From: a virus
DNA: 64,000 bases
Virus record (IMG/VR): IMGVR_UViG_3300045996_002184
Direction: 5' to 3' (one strand)
The position numbers and the translations under genes were made by a program. Below, in pieces: positions 25,729 through 36,269 of this stretch. The notes under the pieces are model-generated. The model was not told the origin of the DNA, did not search any database, and saw nothing but the letters and a program-made list of their open reading frames with translations. The number at the start of each line of letters is the position of its first letter. Within the stretch, counting starts at the first letter, position 1.

Positions 25729-28700
25729 AACCCATTAAAGGACTGAACAGAGATTCCCGGCCTCATGAACAACCTGACGGTACTTATCCGTTCGGGAAAA
25801 ACGGTATTCAGCATGATCAGCCCGGGAGCGTGTTTAATGAACCGGGTTTTGAATTGATGGATGCGGTAGCACCTTACCGTATCATCGGTATCATAGAAAC
25901 AGATGATAAGCCGGTACTGATCTCAACTGATAACACCAATACTGCTTTTGGGTATTTTAATCCGGCACTTGGCACCTATGAAGCGATCATTGATGACGCT
26001 ACCTGGGGACTTACCGGTACGATCGGGTTTAATACCGATAGGTTTGTGACGGGTGTATCCCAGCGTAACTATAAAGGCGAACTGGTAATAGCATGCACGG
26101 ATAAATCTGTTTTCCCGATATATCTCAACTGCGATAACCCGGGTCTTGAATCGATCAATGACCTGCGCCTGTTTCCTTTCTTTACTCCGCCAGTGATCTC
26201 AGCTACCCAGATGTCTGGTGGAAGACTTTCTGCAGGTGCATACTATATCGCTGTTGGGTACGAACGTAACGACGGCACTTCTACTCCTTACTCAGAAGTG
26301 AGCGAGGTAGTGGTGGTAACGCCGGACGCTAATGGTGGCAGGACCGGTAAGGCTCTTGAGATCACGATCACGCAAGCTGACGCGACTTACGATATGCTCA
26401 GGGTAGCGATTATTGCGAAAGTAGATGGTAAGACTACCGCGGTAGAACTGCAGGACTTTATACCCATTTCATCCGGCACCGTACAATTCATTTATACCGG
26501 TGACAACCTTACGACCGATATCTCGGTAGAAGAAGTACTCACGCCCGCAGCCCAGTACGAAACTGTTGGAACGATCGGTCAACTCAATGACGCGCTCTAC
26601 CTGGCAGTACTTGAAAGCGAAGCTGACTTTAACGAGCTTCAACCTTACGCGCTCGCTGTTCAGCCGGAGTGGGTGAGTGAACTGATAGATGCTACCGCTC
26701 CACCGCTTGATCATGTCAATGGAGTGAAGCGCGGAATGATGCACGAAGAGGTATATGCTGCTTACATCCGTTATACCAAGACCCGTGGCGGAAAGACCAA
26801 GTGGTTCCATATACCAGGCGTATCGCCGACCAGCCTGGATACGGGAGCTTCTACTGAGGCTACAACCGGTGGATCCACTACTTCAGTACCGAAGTTCAAA
26901 GTGGAAGACACGATCGGGTTCTTTGACCCGATAGCAAAAAGAGGAAAACCCGGTATTTGGCAGAACGCGACTGAGACCTATCCCGATACCGCTGATTTTG
27001 ACGCGTCCGGGATCGGTGGCAGGAACTTGCGCGGTGAGAAGGTATTGCACCATAAGATGCCTTCTTTGAGATGGTGTAAGCAAAATCTGTACGCTTCAGA
27101 AACTGAATATGGTAAAACAAAGCTTGACCTGCTTGGGATCAGGCTCACCAACGTAAGGATCCCGACGGCACTTGTCGGTCTTGTCAGTGGGTATGAACTA
27201 GGGTTCGCCAAGCGTACAACCAGTAATATGACCGTCTACGGCCAGAGTGCACTCTTGCACGGAGCGGTAAATAACTTCGACCTTTCTCACACAACAGCGA
27301 ATTCCGAGATATATACCACTGGTGGAAACTGGAGATCAGAGATCTTCCACCAGGGTAAAGGTGACTATAACGATAACTGGGAATTGGTACAGGTAAGGCG
27401 TGATACGATGCGCTTTCACGCGTTTGATATCCTGTTTACCAGGCCATCTATTGAGCCGACTTTTATTTCATCACAGCTCAAATTGAAAAGGGAGAATCTT
27501 ATCACTGAAGGATACGTGGAAGATGGCTCTCACGAAGACGAGTACAATATGCCTACCACTCACCTGGTAGATTATACTCGCGGGCTGACACCGGTGGTAG
27601 CCGCCACGGGAGAAAAACTCCGTACAATCACAGACAGTTTTTATCTCACCGGCCAGATCAACTCGAACCGGTTTCAGAATATGCGTCATGAAGCTTGTTT
27701 CGCGGGCGTACTGGGCGGCACCAACTGGCCACTCAACGTCGGTACCGCGGCATTCAGGATACGTGGCCAGGGTTATACGGAGCCGTCGATCGGTTCTCCA
27801 GGCTTTGAAGAAACCTACCTGGTCAACCTGATCGGGGTCAAAACCGATATCTATGCAAACTTCTATTCCCAGCTTCTCGTCTCTGCAGGTAGGGCAAAGA
27901 GTCTTACTGACACTTCAGTCTTCTGGGGTGGAGATACGTTTGTCGTGGATTATACCTTCCACACCTACGGAAGACACGACTCCATCGATACGCATGGAGA
28001 AGGTATCAAGGGTAAAAAAGTGATCCGTCGGCTGGTGTGTGAAAGTGCAGCCAATCTTCACCTGCGCTATGAACTTGACGCCAACCAATATTCAAAGTGG
28101 TACCCGAGGACTTCAGTTACTGCTGGACCACCAACTAACCATTACATCACGCTATTTGACCGCTCTATTGAACCAAACCAGTTCGGTTATTCCCGTGACT
28201 TAAACTCACTCAATGAGCTGACTTCATCCGTTATATTCTCACCTTACCGCGAAGAGATCACGTCCCACCCTTACCGGGTACACCGGGGCGGTAAGCAATC
28301 CCGCCAGGCCCGGCCGCGTTCATGGCGGACATTTCTGCCACTGGACTTCTACGAGTGCCAGAAGAATATGGGAGCGATCACCCACCTGGAAGGGATGGAT
28401 GATCACTTGCTTATTCATCACGAGAACGCCCTTTTCCGCACGCAAGACAAAGCAAAGCTGGACGCGGGACTGCTCTCCGTTACACTCGGGTCCGGGGACA
28501 TCTTCCAGTTCGAGCCCCAGGAAGCGATCTCAGCCAAACTCGGCTACGCTGGTACCCAGCACGAGCTGGCCTGCGTGCGCACACCGATCGGTTACGTATT
28601 CCTGGACGCCAAACTGGGTGAGCTTTATATCTACAAGGGAGAACCAAAGAACCTAAACCAGGGTCTCAACGCGTTTTTGCGCGAGTACCTGAAAATAACT

Positions 28701-30521
28701 GAGAACAATCCCTTCACCGGTAACGGGGTAACGATCGGTTGGGACCAGAAATATAAAAGGATCCTGCTGACCGTGAAGAACTCCCGGCCTACTATCACGG
28801 ATTACAAGATCTATGAAGATACCGATGACTTCTGGAGTGACCTTACCGTAGGTGATATCATACTAAAAGACGGCCGTTACATAGAATACCTCGGACCTAA
28901 CACTTCTGAGTTCGATTGTCCGGATGATAGCGGGCTGGTAGTATATACCTGGCAAAGGGAAGCGCCCTACTGCCTGGTAAATTCAGATGGTGAGACAACA
29001 GGCATGATCGGGTACGCCCTTCGTCAAAGGCTTGCTGACGGCGTACTGGATGGTACCTACGAGATCAACGAACCAAACGGCGGTACCGGTACTTACTTCC
29101 CACCTGAGGTAGACGACTCATCCCCGGCCGAGTGCTCCGCTTCTCCTACGATCGAGTGGGAAGGAATGGCACCTTACTGCGAACAGGACTCTACCTGCGC
29201 GGTCGGTGTGTTAAGTAACGGACAGTGTTTTGAGACACTTACTGAAGCTGCTACCGCGCCTGAGGAAACGCTTGCCCTGATCGTAGCTGCCTCTTCCAAG
29301 CTATGGAACCGGGGTGGTGCGCTCGTATACCAGGAAGGCTTCAACCTGGACGGTTCCGGAACAGTCCTTGCCAATATTACTACACCGGTTCTCTGGCTCA
29401 ATGGTACCGCTCAGTGGAATCAGAATAGTGACGCGGGCGTTACCAGTTCGCGCATGAATGCAGCTGGTGTATGGACTTCACCAGTAGCGGTATTAAACGA
29501 GTGGATCGGATTTTCTCACAAGATGACCGGTGTAGCTGGCCAGGTGATTCACGTCGGTATCAGTTCAGTCAATGCGTTTAAGATAAGGCTCAACGGGGAA
29601 GTAGTAGTGTCTTGCCCTACCGGCCAGATCAGCGGATCGGAGGCTTACAACTACCTGCACATCTATCCCATCTCTCTTCGTAACGGGGATAACTATATCG
29701 AGATGTTCGGTATGAACTTCGAGGATACACCCGGACTGGTAGCGGAGATATATGATAATACCCTTCCGGAACTGCAGGGCGCAGCGGTGGAAGGGGACCT
29801 GAATATCCTGTTTTCTTCCAAAGACAAGGTTGGCTATTACAATGAGCTTGGTTCGATATACGGTTACTCCTGCCCTGCAGGGTACTCGCTTGATATCTCT
29901 GGTAGCCCGGCTGCATACTCTTGTGTAAAGATCAATGTCACGCCAGCCACCGGTACCAACTCGACTACCAAGTACTTTACTATGCGCAGACTCCTGATCA
30001 ATGATGAGCCTACGGGCCTGGAGCAGGAGAATGATTACGGTGAAAATTACGTAGAGCCTATCACTGACGCTACCGAGTGTCCGCTGGGTTCACCTGACCA
30101 GACGCCACCGGAACAAAACATTACGGGAACGATCGCGCTGACTGACCTGGGTGAGGTAGGAGTTGGTCTGCAGATAGAACTTAGCGCTGCACCGACGCTC
30201 GCACTCCGGCTCAGGATCGGGGCTAGGTGGGCCGGGTCCCCTGCGGATTACTACGTGGGCAGCGAACTGTTTACTCCCGGGGCAAATGACTCACTCAACC
30301 CTGACTACGATGAAGATGAGCCGTTCTACGTGATCATCCCAGCTGGAGAAGACTCCATTACCATTTCGCCGGCCATCTGGCAGGACGGAAGGAAAGGACA
30401 GGAGAACTCGCAGTGGTTGCATGACGAGACCCTGGAGCATTTGTATATAGAACTGCAAACACCGTCACAAAGATTTTCACTGGCGCTCACGGGTGTCGGT
30501 ATCACAGTAACAAACGTATAA
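25725..30521 (+). CDS. Muzzle (tail stabilisation) protein, N-terminal part, with inserted C-terminal accessory domains
   Basis: KGLNRDSRP N-terminus, FWGGDTF, G.I..L....D.LL.H.E..LF, Y.G.QH and IGWDQKYKRILLT motifs; then ~580 aa of unrelated Cys-containing/beta domains. Confidence 0.75.
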   Translation: MKPIKGLNRDSRPHEQPDGTYPFGKNGIQHDQPGSVFNEPGFELMDAVAPYRIIGIIETDDKPVLISTDNTNTAFGYFNPALGTYEAIIDDATWGLTGTIGFNTDRFVTGVSQRNYKGELVIACTDKSVFPIYLNCDNPGLESINDLRLFPFFTPPVISATQMSGGRLSAGAYYIAVGYERNDGTSTPYSEVSEVVVVTPDANGGRTGKALEITITQADATYDMLRVAIIAKVDGKTTAVELQDFIPISSGTVQFIYTGDNLTTDISVEEVLTPAAQYETVGTIGQLNDALYLAVLESEADFNELQPYALAVQPEWVSELIDATAPPLDHVNGVKRGMMHEEVYAAYIRYTKTRGGKTKWFHIPGVSPTSLDTGASTEATTGGSTTSVPKFKVEDTIGFFDPIAKRGKPGIWQNATETYPDTADFDASGIGGRNLRGEKVLHHKMPSLRWCKQNLYASETEYGKTKLDLLGIRLTNVRIPTALVGLVSGYELGFAKRTTSNMTVYGQSALLHGAVNNFDLSHTTANSEIYTTGGNWRSEIFHQGKGDYNDNWELVQVRRDTMRFHAFDILFTRPSIEPTFISSQLKLKRENLITEGYVEDGSHEDEYNMPTTHLVDYTRGLTPVVAATGEKLRTITDSFYLTGQINSNRFQNMRHEACFAGVLGGTNWPLNVGTAAFRIRGQGYTEPSIGSPGFEETYLVNLIGVKTDIYANFYSQLLVSAGRAKSLTDTSVFWGGDTFVVDYTFHTYGRHDSIDTHGEGIKGKKVIRRLVCESAANLHLRYELDANQYSKWYPRTSVTAGPPTNHYITLFDRSIEPNQFGYSRDLNSLNELTSSVIFSPYREEITSHPYRVHRGGKQSRQARPRSWRTFLPLDFYECQKNMGAITHLEGMDDHLLIHHENALFRTQDKAKLDAGLLSVTLGSGDIFQFEPQEAISAKLGYAGTQHELACVRTPIGYVFLDAKLGELYIYKGEPKNLNQGLNAFLREYLKITENNPFTGNGVTIGWDQKYKRILLTVKNSRPTITDYKIYEDTDDFWSDLTVGDIILKDGRYIEYLGPNTSEFDCPDDSGLVVYTWQREAPYCLVNSDGETTGMIGYALRQRLADGVLDGTYEINEPNGGTGTYFPPEVDDSSPAECSASPTIEWEGMAPYCEQDSTCAVGVLSNGQCFETLTEAATAPEETLALIVAASSKLWNRGGALVYQEGFNLDGSGTVLANITTPVLWLNGTAQWNQNSDAGVTSSRMNAAGVWTSPVAVLNEWIGFSHKMTGVAGQVIHVGISSVNAFKIRLNGEVVVSCPTGQISGSEAYNYLHIYPISLRNGDNYIEMFGMNFEDTPGLVAEIYDNTLPELQGAAVEGDLNILFSSKDKVGYYNELGSIYGYSCPAGYSLDISGSPAAYSCVKINVTPATGTNSTTKYFTMRRLLINDEPTGLEQENDYGENYVEPITDATECPLGSPDQTPPEQNITGTIALTDLGEVGVGLQIELSAAPTLALRLRIGARWAGSPADYYVGSELFTPGANDSLNPDYDEDEPFYVIIPAGEDSITISPAIWQDGRKGQENSQWLHDETLEHLYIELQTPSQRFSLALTGVGITVTNV

Positions 30522-30522
30522 T

Positions 30523-31284
30523 ATGCCAACAGGTTGTATGAATCCGGCCGCGGCCAATTACTCTCCCGGGTACACTACTCCGGACAGGAGTTGTATCTAC
30601 CTGTTGAAAAACGAGGAAGTCTGCCACATGTTCCGTGACCTGCAGGCTGACGATGCGGAGGATAGGTCCTTTACCTTGTCTTACTCGGTACCGGGTGGTT
30701 CCTGGGTATTCTTTCATGATTATCATCCTGATTTCTATTTCCATACGCGTGATCAACTCTGGAACCTGAAGGATAATAGGGTATACAAGCACCACACGGG
30801 AGACCCGGGGCAGTTCCATGATGCGGATAAAAAGCCGTTCTTCATTGATATTGTATTCAAAAGTGGGGAAGAACTCCTGCTGGAATCGGTCAATTGGGTG
30901 AGCGAGTTCCTGAACGCAGACAGTGCCGATCAACTGCTTGGTACGATTTCTCATATATCCTGCTGGAACTCACGTCAACACTCCGGAAGGATTGCGCTGA
31001 CCCAGGTGTTTGAGAAACTGCAGTATGATGCTCGCCGATTGAAAGGCCAGTGGAGCTTCAATAACCTGCGGGATATTCTCCTGAGTAACGGGGAACAGTT
31101 CCTGCTCAGTCTCTTTGATGATTTTGAGTTGGATCAAAACCAGGTAGACAGCGCTGCGAGCTGGTACACTAAGCAACTGATGCAGGATAACTGGTTTTGT
31201 GTTAGATTTGAATTCGATAACTCGACTCCCGGGACACTGGTTATCCATGATACCGAGATCGAAGCCCTAAAAACCCATAGATAA
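30523..31284 (+). CDS. Probable C-terminal part of the muzzle protein encoded separately
   Basis: SFTLSYS...SWVFFHDYHPDFY and ...MQDNWFCVRFEFDN resemble muzzle C-termini; N-terminal GCMNPAAANY...DRSCIY module. Confidence 0.55.
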   Translation: MPTGCMNPAAANYSPGYTTPDRSCIYLLKNEEVCHMFRDLQADDAEDRSFTLSYSVPGGSWVFFHDYHPDFYFHTRDQLWNLKDNRVYKHHTGDPGQFHDADKKPFFIDIVFKSGEELLLESVNWVSEFLNADSADQLLGTISHISCWNSRQHSGRIALTQVFEKLQYDARRLKGQWSFNNLRDILLSNGEQFLLSLFDDFELDQNQVDSAASWYTKQLMQDNWFCVRFEFDNSTPGTLVIHDTEIEALKTHR

Positions 31285-33164
31285 TGTCAACCCTATACAA
31301 ACGGTACCGCAGGTACGAGGATGGAACCGAAGACATGCGTGGCCAAAACTTTGGTAACGTAGCCGGCACGGTCGGAGCGATCGGTTCCGGTATACTGGAC
31401 GCCGTTGATACACCGAATGACCTGGGCTTCCAGGGTAAGGGAACGGTGATCGGCAAGTCCGCGCTTTCTCTTGCTGGTACCGGGGCAATGGTCGGGGGAC
31501 CAATCGGTGCTGCCATCGGTGGCGTGGTCGGGGCAGGTATCGGTCTGATCAGTGCCAATAAGCAACGCAAACTCGCAAATGCAATTCGCACCAACGCGCA
31601 GATCGCGCGGTATTCCCAGGAGCAAGACCTCTCTTCAAAAAGAATAGCAAGCGATCCATCACTCATTGAAGGAAATGAAAATGCCATGTCATATAAACAC
31701 GGTGGACCGCTCTACCAGAAGTTCAAGGAAGGCGGCGACACAAAGAAGGCCGCAGCCAAGGCAGCGCCAAGGAAAGTAGATAAGATACCTGACGGATATG
31801 AACTCGAAGGAGAGGAAGAAGGCCGCAAGATCTACCGCAAGACGACTGCTCAGAAGCAGGAAGCAAAGACCGCTAAGGTGATACCGGTCAAACCTAAGAC
31901 CACTACGGCGGCACCTGCCAAGTCGAAGATATATTCTCAAGGCCAGCGTCCGAAACCCAAACCAAAGCCTGTTGCAAACGCAGGTGCCGGGATGGATGAA
32001 ATGATTGACCGTGTTTATATGGAAGACACTCCGCCCCCGCAGCCTAAGATCAACAAGTTTGATCCATGGGAATACGTGGCCGGCTACCAGGGTCACTCCT
32101 CACTCGTGCCTTCGGGCGGAGAGGGAGAAGGAAGACAAGGTATGACAACAGTATGGAACACGCAGGCTTCCGGAAGCAATGCTACTGGAGGCGGTGGCGC
32201 ATTCCAGAACGGTGCAGCCGGAGAAAACTACATGGTATTCGGTATGGGAGAACAGGAGATGATCAAAAAGGGAGTCAACTCGGTCACACCTGGTAAGACT
32301 GATTGGATCGACAGATCTAAACCAATATATGCTTTTGGACAAGGTGAGAAACCTTTGCCTGATCTGAACCGTAGCTGGAAAGACCGGCATGATCCGAAGG
32401 GAGAAGGCTTACTTCCTTACTACAATATGCTGGATGGTACCGCTGATGGAATGAATAAATTCCTCGGTACGATCGCTTCCAATCCGGAATTGGCCAAAAC
32501 CTATGGAGTAAAGAGTTTTATGGGAGCGCCTACTGTTACAGATAAGCAGGACGCAGCGTATTACTCGGGCGAGAACGAAGCCAACAAGGTATACCAGTCA
32601 ACCGGACCGCAGCAATACGGTAAGACCTATACACCGAACCTTTCATGGGAAGAAAAGGAAGGAAGTTACATTCCTTACGTGGATGGTAAACCGGTAGATG
32701 GACAGACCTTCAAGGATAAGAACGAGGTGCAGAAATACCTTTTCAATTACAAGCCGGCTGTGAAGTCTGCTTCGGTAAACGAAAGCCAGGTAACAAGGCC
32801 AGTCATGAGAACAGGCGGCGACGTGAAAGCGCCACTCATGGATATGTATATGCAAGGTGGCAATGCTCGCCAGCTTTCTTCAACCGCGTCTGAAATGGTT
32901 GGACCATCCCACGAGTCGGGCGGTATCAAAGTACCGGAGCTTGGGGCTGAGCTGGAAGGTGGCGAGTCTACCAACGGGTCTTACGTATTCTCAAAATCAC
33001 TGGGGTTTGCTCAAAAGCACATTCCGCTTGCTCGCGCGATAGGTAAGATCGAGAAAAAGCCGATGACTACTGAGCGCAGGAATTCACTTAAACTGCTCAA
33101 AGGACGTGAGAGCGCACTTGCTGAGCAACAAGAGTCACTGAAAAAATATTACGGTATCAAATAA
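31284..33164 (+). CDS. Virion cargo (ejection) protein with glycine-zipper membrane segment
   Basis: AGTGAMVGGPIGAAIGGVVGAGIG N-terminus; C-terminal GPSHESGGI..AELEGGE..YVFS motif. Confidence 0.65.
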   Translation: MSTLYKRYRRYEDGTEDMRGQNFGNVAGTVGAIGSGILDAVDTPNDLGFQGKGTVIGKSALSLAGTGAMVGGPIGAAIGGVVGAGIGLISANKQRKLANAIRTNAQIARYSQEQDLSSKRIASDPSLIEGNENAMSYKHGGPLYQKFKEGGDTKKAAAKAAPRKVDKIPDGYELEGEEEGRKIYRKTTAQKQEAKTAKVIPVKPKTTTAAPAKSKIYSQGQRPKPKPKPVANAGAGMDEMIDRVYMEDTPPPQPKINKFDPWEYVAGYQGHSSLVPSGGEGEGRQGMTTVWNTQASGSNATGGGGAFQNGAAGENYMVFGMGEQEMIKKGVNSVTPGKTDWIDRSKPIYAFGQGEKPLPDLNRSWKDRHDPKGEGLLPYYNMLDGTADGMNKFLGTIASNPELAKTYGVKSFMGAPTVTDKQDAAYYSGENEANKVYQSTGPQQYGKTYTPNLSWEEKEGSYIPYVDGKPVDGQTFKDKNEVQKYLFNYKPAVKSASVNESQVTRPVMRTGGDVKAPLMDMYMQGGNARQLSSTASEMVGPSHESGGIKVPELGAELEGGESTNGSYVFSKSLGFAQKHIPLARAIGKIEKKPMTTERRNSLKLLKGRESALAEQQESLKKYYGIK

Positions 33165-33171
33165 TTAAGCC

Positions 33172-34098
33172 ATGCCAGGACCTACCAGATATACACCTAA
33201 GATCGATGTGAGGGATATCCTCAATCGGAAGGGTAAGAAAGGATCACCAATGGAGCCGCCTCCGGGTATGCCTAGAGGAAATACAACAAGATTTCCTGAG
33301 CAAAGGCCAAGTAGTATCACTCCTCCAGGTTTGGTTAATGCCAGTACGGCTGGTATACCTGTATCTTCCGGGATACCGGTAACAAAGCCAAAGGTGAAGA
33401 AAGCTTCTGCACTTCCTGGTGAAGAACAACCAAGTGGTGATGGTATGGCTAAAGCAGCCAAGATAGGTAACGATGTATTGCCGTTCGCGTCTAACATCAT
33501 CAATGCTTTTCGTAAGCCGCCTATGCCTGTTCGTGGTACGAAGGATAACTATGTATCACTTTCCAAGGTGAACATGGATGATGAACGTAACCAGGTATCA
33601 CGCGAGATCAATGCGACCAATAAGTCAATTGAGCGTACCATTGATGGTAATGCATCTGCCGCGGTGAAACTTTTCAACCAGGGACAGAAACTGGGTAAGT
33701 TCTCCGAGATCACTGAACGTGAAAAGAATACAAACGCGGGCATCCAGGGTAGAGAAGCTATGATGAACGCGCATATTTCTATGAGCAATAGCGCCAAGGA
33801 CGATCGTTATAACGAACAACTCGTAGAAAGGAATATCGCTCACCAGAATAACCAGGCCGCCAACATTGCCAATGCCGGGGATAAGATCGTTGGTATCAGA
33901 AATGAAAAGCAGAAGGCTAAGGTGGAAATGGATAAAACTCGTGTGATGAGTGAGGCTTTCAATCGCCAGGGAGTATTCGATCGCTTCCGCGTGCAGATGA
34001 AGAAGAAAGGTGAACCTGATCCGTTGGGACAGGATTACAAAGATTTAAAGAATGGTGGATCAATAAAGACCGCCGGCAAACGTAAAAAAATCAGGTAA
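33172..34098 (+). CDS. Virion cargo protein 2 (putative)
   Basis: Synteny; Pro-rich N-terminus and N/Q/A-rich coiled coil. Confidence 0.55.
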   Translation: MPGPTRYTPKIDVRDILNRKGKKGSPMEPPPGMPRGNTTRFPEQRPSSITPPGLVNASTAGIPVSSGIPVTKPKVKKASALPGEEQPSGDGMAKAAKIGNDVLPFASNIINAFRKPPMPVRGTKDNYVSLSKVNMDDERNQVSREINATNKSIERTIDGNASAAVKLFNQGQKLGKFSEITEREKNTNAGIQGREAMMNAHISMSNSAKDDRYNEQLVERNIAHQNNQAANIANAGDKIVGIRNEKQKAKVEMDKTRVMSEAFNRQGVFDRFRVQMKKKGEPDPLGQDYKDLKNGGSIKTAGKRKKIR

Positions 34099-36269
34099 TG
34101 GGACTCTACGACAGATACCAATCACAGAACTCGTCCACTATACCTACGTTCCAGGGCTCATCGGGCCCTGAAGCCATTAAAGTAGGTCAGTACCTGCAGG
34201 GTCTTTACGATACCGGGCAAGCTGGTTGGATGAAGCTGATGGGAGATAAAGAGCAGCTCACTTCTCTTAAACAGGACGAAGGACTGAAAAACGAGCTGTA
34301 CAGCAGCGTGACCGGGGAGCTGGATAAGATGAGCAAAGAAGGAAACTTCGAAGACATGATCCCGCGCGTACAACTTCTTGGGTCTAATTTCGCCAGCCGT
34401 TACCGCGAACTCATGGCACCTATCCAGCAACGCCAGGAGTATGAAACAAAGATGCTGGAAGATAAAGATCGCAATCTCACTCCATGGCAGAAGCAATTAC
34501 TTCTCGCTAAGAGTGATCATGAATATAAAGGACTCCAGAAAGACGCTCAGGGCAGGTATGTAGGTGGATACCGGGGTACTATGCCTGATAAGAATATTGA
34601 CGTCAACGCAAAGGTTGATAAGTGGATGGATGGGATCGCTGTGGCTGAAGGGGGCAGCAAAATGACCAATGACAACGGTATCTGGAAAACATGGACAGGT
34701 AAAACCTGGAAGCAACTCGAACCGCAAAAGATAGAGAATGCACTTCGATTGGCTATGGCCAATGACCAGGAGTACCAGGGTTACCGCAAGATGATGGGAG
34801 ACCTTTCCGGTTTCTCGGCTGGTCAAAGGATCACCGATCCAAACCAGATATCAGATCCTGCTTTCCGTAAAGCGGTGGAAGATACTGCAGCCAAGTACGG
34901 TGTGCCTATTAATGAGGCGGCCGGGATCGTGGTTGGCTCCCAGACTCAGAAGGATATCGAGAACTACGCACTCAGTTATGCCAAGACCAAGTATGCGGTA
35001 AATAACCTGTTTACTGATAACGGTAACGAACTTGGTGATGTGGAGAAAGAAGCACGTAAGAAAGCGCTCACTGATGAGTCTCCTTATATCGTAGCTGGTC
35101 CTAATGTACAGACTACTGATGACGAGGCCAATATTACCAAGCTCAATGAAAACTTCGGTACCGTTACAACGAACCTGAAAGAGGTGAATAAAGAGATCGT
35201 CAGGTTGAATACGCAGCTTAAGCGTACAGATCTGAAGCCTGATGAAAGGTCGCAGATGCAAACGCAGGTGCATAATCTGAAAGAGCAGCAACGCGGGTTG
35301 GTAGAGAAGACCGATCGCATCAACCAGGTGATCGATTACTCCAAGGCTAAGACCGTTCAGTCAATGGGTTACACTACGTTCGAAGACTTTAAGAAGGCCC
35401 AAATGACTAAAGTTTTAGATGTAGTTAACAATGGTACAAAGGACAAACAGGTAACTTTTGGAAAGAATGATAGCTTCAAGCTTACTAAAGAGCAAGTAGC
35501 TGAGGCTATTGTTGATGGTAGGATAAAACTTGCAAACACAGGTCGGCCTTATTATATAGATCACGATGGTACCGAGCATAAGATGGGTGATAAGTATATG
35601 GTGATGGTCACTAATGCAATCACTCAAAGTGACGTACAGAAATTCAATAACAACTGGGCCAGGGATCATAAGAACAACGTGAAAGATTACTCTGTATCTA
35701 CTCAGGTGATTAATTTACCCAAGTCGGAACAGGATGCAGTGACCAGTGCGCTCAAAGGTGGTGTTAATGGTGTATCGTTCAGGACACCGGGCAGTTACGG
35801 TGATGGTGACGAGAAAGAACGTCCAGCAAACTTCAAGGTATACGGTATCCGTAACATTTCGCCTAACGGTGAGGTTACACTTATCGTGCGTGAACTGGAT
35901 GAAGATAACAAGGAGACAGGTAAGGAGTATGAAGCAGTGGCCAAGAACTCAAACATTGCAGGAGAACTTGCACGCAAGTTCGCAAAGCAGGGTCAGACCA
36001 ATCGCCAGGCACAGGTTATCTCCCAGATACTCACTCCAGGTTCCGGTGCGTCTCAACTGTTCAATAAGCCGATTGGTTTTGGTATGTCGATCGGAACAGT
36101 CGGCGGTAAAGCGCTGTCAGTGAAAGTAATCAAAACCGAAGGTGGAAAGATATATTATGGACTTGTAGATCCTACCGGTACCATTCAAAGTACTACTGAT
36201 GGGAAACAATTCTATACCGATGATATTGGTGAGGCGGGCCAGTGGGTGGACCAACTAAAAACTGATTAA
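34098..36269 (+). CDS. Virion RNAP-region protein 1
   Basis: First of three large genes after the cargo genes, the standard crAss arrangement. Confidence 0.6.
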   Translation: MGLYDRYQSQNSSTIPTFQGSSGPEAIKVGQYLQGLYDTGQAGWMKLMGDKEQLTSLKQDEGLKNELYSSVTGELDKMSKEGNFEDMIPRVQLLGSNFASRYRELMAPIQQRQEYETKMLEDKDRNLTPWQKQLLLAKSDHEYKGLQKDAQGRYVGGYRGTMPDKNIDVNAKVDKWMDGIAVAEGGSKMTNDNGIWKTWTGKTWKQLEPQKIENALRLAMANDQEYQGYRKMMGDLSGFSAGQRITDPNQISDPAFRKAVEDTAAKYGVPINEAAGIVVGSQTQKDIENYALSYAKTKYAVNNLFTDNGNELGDVEKEARKKALTDESPYIVAGPNVQTTDDEANITKLNENFGTVTTNLKEVNKEIVRLNTQLKRTDLKPDERSQMQTQVHNLKEQQRGLVEKTDRINQVIDYSKAKTVQSMGYTTFEDFKKAQMTKVLDVVNNGTKDKQVTFGKNDSFKLTKEQVAEAIVDGRIKLANTGRPYYIDHDGTEHKMGDKYMVMVTNAITQSDVQKFNNNWARDHKNNVKDYSVSTQVINLPKSEQDAVTSALKGGVNGVSFRTPGSYGDGDEKERPANFKVYGIRNISPNGEVTLIVRELDEDNKETGKEYEAVAKNSNIAGELARKFAKQGQTNRQAQVISQILTPGSGASQLFNKPIGFGMSIGTVGGKALSVKVIKTEGGKIYYGLVDPTGTIQSTTDGKQFYTDDIGEAGQWVDQLKTD

